From positions 34,720,001-34,784,000 of the forward strand of contig CM022665.1 of assembly GCA_012295275.1 (NCBI GenBank): a stretch of DNA of 64,000 bases, in the 5' to 3' direction. A model generated the notes under the pieces. That model did not search any database and had not been told where the DNA came from. It saw only the letters and a list, made by a program, of their open reading frames with translations. Origin of the DNA: Chrysomallon squamiferum (lineage: Eukaryota; Animalia; Mollusca). A program made the translations under genes and the position numbers. Of the stretch, positions 13,094-23,900 are shown in pieces. Each line of letters opens with the position of its first letter. The first letter of the stretch is position 1.

Positions 13094-13161
13094 CACTGTA
13101 CAATCATCTTGATTATAACCGTGACGTTAGTCGTTTCGTCATAACCTTTCATTATCAGCTG
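13094..13161 (-). promoter_or_regulatory. SECIS element of SelW copy 2
   Basis: Same fold as the copy 1 SECIS, with AAA rather than AAAA in the apical bulge. ATGA at 13152-13149, AGAT at 13109-13106. Confidence 0.83.
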
Positions 13162-13527
13162 ATCCCCTGATAACATCTGAAAATGTCATCCCTGTAAAAA
13201 AAAAGAAGAAAAAAACAGAAGAAAATAAAAACGTTTTAATTCATGGATATGTTATTAAAAGTTTTAAACAAGAAGTATTAATAACAGCTGTGATCAATAC
13301 TTTCAAGTCAAGTAACTAGTTTAGCTGCTTTTTTATTTAATTTTATTTACATTGCATATTAAATACAGTAGTAGTAGATTAAGAAGAAATGTTTTATGTA
13401 GATTGTCCAAGCATATAAAATTGAATATTTATATAAATGAAAGAATGAATATTTAACGACATTAAAGGCTTTGGTTATCAGATATGAAAATTAAAATGAC
13501 ACACCATTTTGTTTTTGTTTAATGAGT

Positions 13528-16500
13528 TTACTGCTTTGCTAGAGCTTCTTGAACACCATTAATTATTTTCTGAACTTTTTCTTCAGAGTCTATGTAACCA
13601 TCACCATTCTGAAATAAAATAACACTTTTAATTAATATTTTTATTTGAAGGAATGTCTTTACATAAAAAATTAAAAAGAAAAATGATTTGGGGATTTCCA
13701 AAAATGCATTATGTATTATTAATATATTTGTCAGTTTCAACGAGCAATGTTTTGTTGTAAGGTATGGGAAACAGTAAAATACCATTCAGTTATAAATATT
13801 AAATAACTTATTTTGCAAACATTTAGTAGCCAGAAATGAAATCTATAACGTAAAAGTATGTCCTGTTCGAACCATAAACTATACAGTAACATCTTGCCTT
13901 TTTTGAGTGTAGAAGTTTTCCACCTACAATTTCAACCTCCAAGTATCCTGTACTGACTGGAGTAGCATAACTGGTCTTTTTGAAAGAAAATAATGATAAT
14001 AATAATAATAATAATAATAATAGAAAATATGCCAGTTTCAAAAATAATATAGAAGTGTTATTACTTTGTCATATAAAAGACACAAGTGCTAGCACGATTG
14101 TTTTAAATCTTCTAATCTTAGCAAGTCACTTATTTCAAAAATTCAAACCTTCTGTGTGCTAGTAGGATACTGTATATAAAAGAAATAGATTAAAAATGTA
14201 CAAATTTTAACTTTCAGTCTTGGATTTACTTACAAATTCCAGTTGTCCAGGAAACTCACTATCCAGGCGTTCTTTTATCTTCCTATACTGAAAAAAGAAT
14301 TTAAAATTTGTAAAACATGATGTATATAAATGTCATTATAATCATAAGTTTTAATTTCTAAAGCAGACGAATAATTAAACGGGTTTACCTAACTTATAAA
14401 AAAATCTTCTTTCTTTTTTTTCTTTTTTGCAACTGTTAAACGCTAACAATGTTACAGAAGATATTAACACAAACTATATATTTACCTTTGGTTCATATCC
14501 TCATACACCACTGAAATAAGAAAAATTAATTATGTATATATCATTATTGTTTGGTTCAAAGGTAACACAACCATTTAAAAGGCTTCTTAAAAGGCTTTTT
14601 GGCATATTAATATATCTTTTTTAAATTATTTTCTCCTTGTAAGTATTGTATAGTAGATAAAATAATAATAAACAGATAAACGGATTTATTATTTAATTAA
14701 AAAAAACTATATATATATATTCACAGTAACAATTATTTCTTAGAAATAGAATAAGCTGCCTAATAACCGATTCAAAGTTGCAAGTCCATACAAAATGTTT
14801 CTTGACATACTAAAACAATATAAATGTGCCACAAACGGTATGGAAAGCTGTATATGTATTATATTTATGCAATTATTATTTTAGCATGAATTTTGTTATA
14901 GGATTCTGGGAACATGACTATAAGGAACTGACTAGCAAGAGTTGGATGGAATCCATACACAATGTGTTGGGTGTCTGCATCTAACACTGGTTTAACTGAA
15001 AATGAAACTTTCCAGCTAAGCATCTATTATCTGGATTTTGTTGGCATGTTTTGGGGATTTGTTATAGTGTTCATGAAGCCACTGCCCCCTTGAAACCATA
15101 ACCAATTACTTTATACATGTAATAAAGTACAATATTTCTAACATATTTGGCTGATAGTACTTGGGAGATACTTCTGGCTATTGTCACAAAATAAAATATA
15201 TACATCTGACGGTAAACCTTTTTTTTTTTTTTTTTTTTAATCTCACTCAGTACAGCCCTTAATCATACCCTAATAGGGCCTCGATCAAGCTATGGGAGAT
15301 TTTCACAGTGATAGTTACGCTGTTTACGGTGTTTGTTTAAGTTTCCTTATTAAACCTGGGATTGCAATTTAGGTTATACATACTTGTAGAATTCACAGGT
15401 AACTATTTATTTATTTATTCTAACAACCAGTCAGATATATGTAGTATGTACTTGGGATTTGTTAGGTGTATTTTGATCACGTACTTTCCAGTTACTTTCT
15501 GACTCACATTACTGACACATCTACATTTTGTTGTTGGACGTAATAGATCAAGTATGTTTATCGACTTTCATTTTATAACTTGGATCGTTTGTATTAAAAT
15601 AAAATAATGCGTTTCAGTAACTAACACTGAAAGTGAAGCAAGAAGTATGAACCGTTGACCGATTTTAAAATATCTATCGAAGCAACCTACCCCGTGGCGA
15701 GATCGCCTGACCTCCCCACAAGTTCAATTATTAAAATATCTAATGCATTTCTTTTATTTTAATCCTAAACAAAATAAAAGACAAGTGAATAAGATTATCA
15801 CTACTGATATCACAATCCGTTTCAGCAGTAGAAAACGAATTACTTATTTCTTTTTAAGTGGACAGGACCGCCCGTAGACTCGCTAAGATCTTTTACTAGC
15901 ACTGACCAATGATTTTTTAAAATAAAAATAGGAAACTCATTGTTTGCATACATAATAATCCATGTTTAGAAGTTGAATTCTTTTTGTTTTAACTAAAAAG
16001 AGTGAAAATTTAATTTTTAATAAGAAAATGGATAAGGCTGGTTGACGGACCTTTAATTTTGTTTTAACAATGTTGTGTTGTGAAACTCATTGTAGCGTTA
16101 TAATGAATGTATCACGGCTATCATTCAAATAACTCATGATCAATTTTCTTTTTACATGTAAATACGAGCTCTAATGCATTGAAAATGGAAACAAACATAT
16201 ATATATAAAGAAAAAGAATCATAATGGTTTCAAGTATAGTTTTACAACTTCGTACTCAGAAGTTTTATCAGAGTAACGTGTCCATGTTATGGTACCTAAT
16301 GAGAATAGTCATCTTCATATTCACGCGCCAGTGAATTTTCTGTGAAAATAATTTATTTTATTATTATTATTATTAATTTTTTTTTTTTTTTTGGCTGACG
16401 ACGTCGTAATAATATCTGAAAAAAATATATAGTACAAAACGTGTATGACTCCAAAGTTACCCCAGAAATAGGTTTCAGCAATTTCTACTCAGTAATAGAC

Positions 16501-19500
16501 ATCTATGTATACGAGGCATTGATTAAATGACATATATACCCAAATTACTTTTAGTAATAAATGTAGAATTGATTGCATTATGAAGGCATACGTATTTAAA
16601 CGTTTGTAAACGCTAATCGGCGTTCGACGCTGCCATATAGTATTTCGATCGGAAGTTTCCGTGAGCTCACGGAAATTTTTAAACTTCCAAATTAAATTAT
16701 TTTGCGTCCATTTTTTTTCAGAACTTTTTATGATTTACACTGATAAAGGTAAGGATGGTTGTTCATATTACCAAAGCATGATGTCACGCGCCGTTTCTAA
16801 TTTAATCAAACTGGATTATTTTTGTGTAAATGCGTGCATAATAATCTGAAATTATAATGCGGAATAAGATTAATATATTAACTTTTATAGTTGTCAATGT
16901 TCCCCCTCTCTGAACCTAGCAGAAAAGAACATTTAGGGATTGTTTGTACCCATTAAATCGGCGAAATTTCTTGAGGTTTTTTTTCCGTGACGTAATTTGT
17001 GCCGTTACGAGTTTTCGTTCCTGTTGGTCCATGCTACTGTTACATTCCGATGATGCAATTTAAAAAAAAAAATTAAAAAATTTAGAGCAGAATATATGCA
17101 AAATGATTTGATAAAAATTAAATGAATTCTTGAATAAGTTTAAAAGAAATATTAATTAAATGAACATAATAATCGGCTTACTGAGATGGTACCAAATTCA
17201 ATCACGAAACCAGATCAAATACGCCATTTTGAATTCAGAAATCGTTAAGCGGTCATTGGTAGCAGACGTTGTATTTGAAAATGCCGCTGCACCAGTGAAC
17301 GTTATGCTTAGTTTAAAATACCATTCAAATAGAAATTGAACTACAGTTCGAATGATACCAGAAATGCTGCGCCTTCATTCACTGCAATATATCGCAACTG
17401 TTGTGTTTGAAACTGATTTTTCAAGAAAGACGTCATTATTTTTCTTTTATTCCCATCTTGCCACATAACATATAGCACGTCCACTTACAGGGAACAAAGC
17501 CGAAAACGTCCAACCTGAAAACATGCGCTGTTGACCGCGTTTAAAACGTCACTTTTTTCAAATGTACAGTACGAGTTTATTAAATAATTCAAGAGCAAAA
17601 TTTCGTTATTTCCGTGCAATTCGTATTTACAGTCTGCAGATTTTGTTCAGTGACTGGCTGAAACGTAACAGTGTACCGCTGCCTCCACTGTTTTTGTTGT
17701 TCCTCCAAATACAAATCAATTTGTTAGCATGTCTTTGCACTTTTAAATTATCTTCTAGAAATTCTTTATATTTTTAGTCATTCATTGCCGCTGGCGTTTC
17801 AACATTTCCAATAGTCATTTTTTGACAAATAATATTAAATAAATGTTCATCAGCAAACAGTAACTAAACACTGATACCATAATAAATGTATGCCACAATT
17901 TCTTGTTCATTAATTTCTGTCGATCAAACTTACCAGCAAATTACATCTATTTTGAGACCCATTGTTTTCTAGTAACTTCTGCCAATGGCTGTATCAAGGG
18001 ACATAATTACAATAACATTATTGATATTTTGGCGCCAATTTTGCTTTTGTTCATTGAGATTTTTGCATAAAAGTCTGATTAAATAATAATAACAACTGAC
18101 AGAATGAAAAACATAACAATTTACTGTAGGGCAGACTTGCAGTCTTAGCTGATTAATTAAAGATTGCTTTGATTTGTTGAACAATCAAAATCAGTCATTT
18201 AAATCTACAACAAAACACATGTCAATCATGAATCAATAAGCTTAATTTATGTTGCCGATTTTTCAAGAAAAACATGATTTTTCTTTTATTCCCATCTTGC
18301 CAGATCCCATATAGCATGTCCGATGTACGGACAAATGTTCACTAATAAAGTGAGAAACATTTAGGTTCTTTTATTACTGAATTTTTTATTTTATTTTAGG
18401 TTATGGTATGTGTGTGTAAATATCTGGGTGGGAATGGGAATCTGATAAATTAATAAAAGAAATAGAATAACAAATTTAATTTCAAATCAGCTGTATTTTC
18501 AAATCGTTTTGCAAAGCTTTGATGGTCAGTTTTAAGTCTTGCAGAGTAATGATAAAAGGCTAAACAAAAAAGTAACAAAACACAATACATACTCTAGAAG
18601 TCTGATCAACCTAAACCAATAATGTTTGAGTAGTTATCCTAAAATTATATTGTAATTTGTATTTAATACCTATACCTGACACACATTATATGCTTTGATA
18701 ATCAGTCAAAAGTAATTGCTCCATAAACAATTATAGACACCTAAAAAACTTTAAGTGAACTGTGTAATTAACACAACTTTGAAGTTGTGCCTTTGGAAAT
18801 TCTGTTTGTTCTTTTTTATCAACAAAAAATTCTTAGTTTTTATTCATAAAAAAACCTAATCCAGTACGTCCAATTACAGGGCACAAAGCTGAAAAAGTTG
18901 TCCAGTCTGAAAAATTATGTGCTGTTGGCTGAGTTTGAAATGTCACGTTTTTCAAATGCAGAGTACAAATTTACTAAATAATGCATGATCGAACAAGACA
19001 CAGTGTTAGAGTAAAACTTCATATTTATTTTGATGCAATTCATGTTACCATTTGCTTGTAATCTAACTCTAAATTAAATGTTAAAAACAATGAATTCTGC
19101 ACATTTAGCACAGTGACTGGTTGAAATGTACATTATTCTTTTATAACCTGGCTAGTGCAGATATTTTCATTGGACATTTTTTTTTTTTTTTTTAATATAA
19201 AGTAATACATTATTTGCACTGACCAGAAAACAAAAAGAAGAGATACCGTACATACTTGTGTACAAGGCGACCTTATGTATAAGTCGATGTGTATTTTAAG
19301 ACCAAAAATTGCGTCATTTTAGGTATTACTTGTGTATAAGTCGACTGTAGATTCCAGGCACCGTCACTATTTTTAGACCAGTGTGACAGTGCCATGAAGG
19401 CCTACATTGTACGCCTACTGTAACATAACTTGCACGAACATACCATAATAACGTAAATGCATGTATTACACAAGCTATAGCCTAAATGTATCATAAATAG

Positions 19501-20177
19501 TATCTCTTTAATGTAATAGGTCTAACATGGACACCTAACTTACCGTTATATTTAGCCGTTCTATGATTTACAAAATTTGTCGGTAGTGGATATTAATGAC
19601 GACTGCAATATTATTTCACCAAATTCTTTACAATTAAACAAGTGAGTTTTGTTTATGAAATTAGGACCGATATTTAGTGCAATTTGGCAGAGAAGTCTGC
19701 ATTCCTAGATCACTGCAGGACGCCGTAAGGCATAACGCCGTACTGACGGTTTTCTCGCTTTAAAATGTATTTTTATGTTATTAAACGGAAGAATATGTTT
19801 TACATTCATATTTGGTTTTGTCATTTAATTTTTCAAAATTTTTTATACAATAAAATTATATTTTTGAAAAGCTGGAAGACCGCGATTATTTTAGATGCAT
19901 CCCGTAGCAAAAAATAGTCACAATGGCAACTCTTCAGCAACAGCTACAAAAGCATTACCTATGTATAAGTCGACCCAAAAAAATATTACCTTAATACAGT
20001 CTCCCAAAAATTCGACTTATACACAAATATATACGGTAATCTGTAGCTTCTGCATTTCCAGAGCCAAACAGTCTGAACAACAACTACATAAGGGGTCAAC
20101 AACCTTATTACACATCAATTATTGCTATTTCTTTAACGCTCCAGAACAAAGCAGCCTTGCCTCCCTTTTTCGTGATC

Positions 20178-20235
<58 letters not shown>

Positions 20236-20785
20236 TGTGTGTCCCTCTCTCCAAAAGGTTGCCAGCCCCTGTACTCTATCTTCTTTCTTTTTTTAATCAT
20301 TCAGTTAAAATCTCATAATTTGAAAATTTCTGGACACTGTTACTTTTTACTTTTTTAATACTAATAAGTAAATAACAGTGCTATTCATTAATGTGCTATA
20401 CTTTTGAAGATTTTTATACAATTTGTGATTTTATTATCATAGTTAATGAAAATAAAGCAAAGGTCACAGCACTATAATAATGAACTGTTTTTACTCGTTA
20501 ACAAAATGATGGTGCTACTATTAGTATTACTCTCTCCAAATACAAATAAAGCTGTTAGCACGTCTGCACTTTTAAATTATCTTCTACAAATACTTCCTAT
20601 TTTTAGTCATTCATTCTTCATTGCCACTAACGTTAGGTCAACTTTTCAATAATCACTTTTTTGGACAGAAATAAAATTAAATACATTTTTATCAGCAAAA
20701 AATAACTAAACTTATGCTACAATCTCCAATTGATTATTTCTGTCGATCAAACTCACCAGTAAATTACATGTACTTTAAGACCCAT
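13528..20785 (-). CDS. SELENOW: Selenoprotein W, copy 2; 88 aa, Sec TGA at 14501-14503; first coding exon 20785-20757 (MGLKVHVIYC) or alternatively 17962-17934 (MGLKIDVICC)
   Basis: Exons 14510-14486, 14287-14234, 13975-13898 and 13608-13528 match copy 1. Two intact 29-nt candidate first exons lie upstream, each with ATG and a phase-2 donor (gtgag at 20756, gtaag at 17933). Which one is used cannot be decided from sequence. Confidence 0.88.
16620..16754 (+). promoter_or_regulatory. Candidate promoter / non-coding first exon
   Basis: Locally CpG-enriched; ETS-type CGGAAGT at 16650; perfect 20-bp palindrome at 16656-16675; strong donor AAG|gtaagg at 16748/16749. Confidence 0.4.
17934..17962 (-). 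CDS. SELENOW: Extra SelW first coding exon (MGLKIDVIC-C), candidate alternative exon 1 of copy 2
   Basis: ATG GGT CTC AAA ATA GAT GTA ATT TGC TG|gtaagt; same length and phase as the exons at 6835-6863 and 20757-20785. Confidence 0.55.
18104..18148 (+). pseudogene. Truncated duplicate of kelch gene exon 1
   Basis: MKNITIYCRADLQS* with an internal deletion and no donor. Homologous to 20971-21032. Confidence 0.7.
19246..20036. mobile_element. Non-autonomous Tc1/mariner-superfamily (Tc2/pogo-like) MITE
   Basis: TA TSDs (19244-19245, 20037-20038); TIRs CCGTACATACTTGTGTACAAGGCGA / TCGACTTATACACAAATATATACGG; subterminal GTATAAGTCGA repeats; second copy at 34698-35558. Confidence 0.88.
20181..20233. 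repeat. (GA)n microsatellite
   Basis: Direct reading. Confidence 0.9.
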
Positions 20786-20970
20786 GTTTCTAGCAACTTC
20801 TGCTAATGGCTGTGTCAAGGGACATAACTCTGATAACAATTATCGATATTTTGGCGCCAATTTTGCTTTTGTTCATTGAGATTGTTGGATAAAACTCAGA
20901 TAAAACAAACAAAAGAAAAAAAAAAAGAAGAAGAAAAAAGTAATTATAAATTTGTATAACAAGTGGCAGA

Positions 20971-23900
20971 ATGAAAAACATAACAATTTACTGTATCGCA
21001 GATTTGCAGTGTCCACCAATCAGTCTTTATAAGTAAGTTATCTTTGTTCTTTTGTTATTATTATACTAGTAAGTAATATTGCTATTTACAAAGCTTTGGA
21101 AGCTGAATACAATTCCTCAAATTATAATAAACAATGTAAATTTTAGGATACTTTGGAACCTGTATGGTTGCTAGTGACACATGAATAATGATATTCTTTA
21201 CAGTTTATAATTTAATACATAAATTATGGCATTAATGATGAATCTGTTTATGCTTTTCCTTGCAGACGTGATGGTGATTCAAATTTTTATAGCAGAGTGC
21301 CACTACCACTTCCAGATCAAGTGATATTGTTCACGCTAGGAGACTGGTCAAATGAGGATAAGGAAGTAACACTGAATGTGTTTGTGGACACTGGAAACGA
21401 AATAAATGTCCCACTTGGAATAATAACAAGAAAACAAAGGTTTTAACTTTAAACAAAACCAAAAAAAAAAAAAAATGTCTTTCTTTAACTATTTTCTGAA
21501 AAATCTAATAACGAAATTAGCCAACAAACAAACAATCAACATTTTTCCTAAGGTTCTCTTTTAATTTCTTATTATTTTTTTTATTTTATTATTATTATTT
21601 TTCTTTTTTTTTCTTTGATTTTTTCATTCATCATAAAAATTTCTATAAAAATATATATCATTATGTTAATATATATATATATATCAATAAAATTGGTAAA
21701 ATAGGCCAATACAGATTTACGTTTTTTATCTACAGTGTGATCCACTTACTAAAATTCTTATAAATGTAAATATTTTTCGATTATATGACTATAGATTTAT
21801 TTTTATTTTTGTGTGAATTAAAAGATTAAAAATATTCTTAAGCAAAAACTGATAATTCTTCATCAGTTTTGACATTTGTAAAACCAAAATGAAATTAAAT
21901 TCCTTGAATACATTTGTTGACAGAGTTAATAAATTAATATAAATTTTCAGATGTCTGGTTTGGGAGAAATCAGAAAATGAAGTTGAAGTCAAAACTGGTG
22001 CTTCGCTTGGCAAACTGGTCGTAGAGGTGCAGAACACATCTCAGTCAGATAAAGAAGTCACCAACAATGATGATAACATCACCATGCCAGAACTCACTAA
22101 AGAAATAGACCTGGATGAAAAAATGCAAGATGAAAATGAAAATACTCCACAGGTTAATAGCTTGTATTTACACAGAGAAATGTAAAATAATTAACTGGTA
22201 ATTAATAGAGCTAATTCCCTGACTCACAGGTCTGAGATTACTTATACTGGACCTCTTTTTAATGTGAGAAAAAGGAAAACAATGCAATTTGTTGTATTTC
22301 ATATATTATTAATATTTACTGCATTTGTGTTTAAAGAAGCAAAAATTTTGTTTTAATTTCATGAAAATAATAAGAAAACTAACATTTATTTTAATATTTT
22401 CATCAGTTTGGTTCTTCATAACTTGTAATTACCACTATTATGTGACTATAGTTTTAAAAATTGAAATATGTGATGTCAGTTGAAATGTACAATTGGTTTA
22501 TCACAGAAACACAGAGATTGTCTTTAAAATCATAAACTATTTAAAACATCTTTTAATAATTTCAGTTTTTTGAAACATTTTCACCTCTACCAAAAAAGGT
22601 TAACAAACAGAAAAAAAGACCCAATTCAGATGTATTAGAATCTGATGACCCAAAGACAAAGAAACAGACAAGAATGACATCAATGAAAGAACTTTACACT
22701 CCAAAAAATTATAAAAATGACAACAGCTCCAATGTATTAACACAAAAAAATATTTTGGAAAGAAATGCATTGAGTCCAAAGCTATCATATTGCAAAGATG
22801 TTTCTGGAAGAGGTAAAAAAAATATTTTTTGAACGTTTGTAATAAACAATATAGTGTCATAATTGGGTTTAAAACAGTTGCAATAATTATAAATTATATA
22901 AAGCTAAAATGTATCAGTTTTCAGAGATTCTTTGATACCAAAAGGAGTTGCTATATGCTTTGCTGAACTATTATGATCTCTTGGGTTTAATCAGAAATAT
23001 TGATTTTGTATTATTTTTCTATTTTGTTAATATTGTATAAATGAAATAATCTAATTTAATATATCTCAGAATTTAAAATTACATATGTGATAAAGCTATG
23101 ATGAGGAGGTAAAACGTACATTTTAATTACATATATTTTTGAATGTTAAATGGAATATATATATTTATATTCTCTTGTTTCTGTAATGAATTCTGAAAAT
23201 GATTTTGTTTTTAGTACCCAATCCAACTTCTCGCTGGGGTATGACACTGTGCATGATTCATAATAGTAAGGCAGTGCTGATTGGAGGTCAAGGTGAAAAA
23301 CAACAACTGTGCAAAGATGCAGTTTGGATTCTCAATCCAGGTACACATATTCATGGATAAAGCTAATTTAGTGGGAGTCTTCCAGGTTGATATATTTTCA
23401 GAGATCAGATTTTTAATTCTTTGGGTCAAGGCAAGTGTTGCCTTGGGTTTAATCAGAAATGTTAGGGCACAAAGGCAAACATTTTATTCTAGCTAAAGGC
23501 ACCCAGGCAACTTAATTTTTATCAAGTGGCTTCTTTTTAAAAATTATTTTGTTAATATAGAATAAATTGTCTCAGAGACAGTATACTGATATAGTATTTT
23601 TGGAGATGTTAATATATACTTTAAGTTTATTTTCAATTGTTAAATCATTTATCAGTGTAATATTGTACTAAACTGTTATATATGTACACTATATTTTGTT
23701 TAGGTACTCGTCGCTGGAAGTATCCAAAAGTCATTAATGAGGGGCCTAAAGTGGAATACAGGATGGGCCATACAGCAGTCTATGATCCCATGATGCGTGG
23801 AGTTTATGTTTATGGTGGATCAAAAAACCGCAAGTGGTTTCATGATGTCCACTTTCTGGATGTTGATGAATGGAAGTGGACTCTTGTTAAGGTACAACCA

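Larger units (their letters stand above)
10451..15890. repeat. Segmental duplication unit B
   Basis: Matches 145-5766; has an extra ~318 bp at ~15194-15511 and one fewer ~507-bp tandem unit. Confidence 0.93.

Noticed and set aside
18400-18405. Possible 6-nt microexon tag|GTTATG|gtatgt as kelch start
   Set aside because: Its phase does not fit exon 21266; a better first coding exon exists at 20971-21032.
19895-20182. 95-aa ORF at the MITE end (and 35281-35463)
   Set aside because: No transposase motif; the first ORF crosses the element boundary.
20815-20900. AAGGGACATAA motif (also near 513, 6898, 10818, 17996; related reverse motif near 33895) as a shared regulatory site
   Set aside because: Most occurrences come from the duplications, and it resembles the end of a common dispersed repeat; function cannot be supported.
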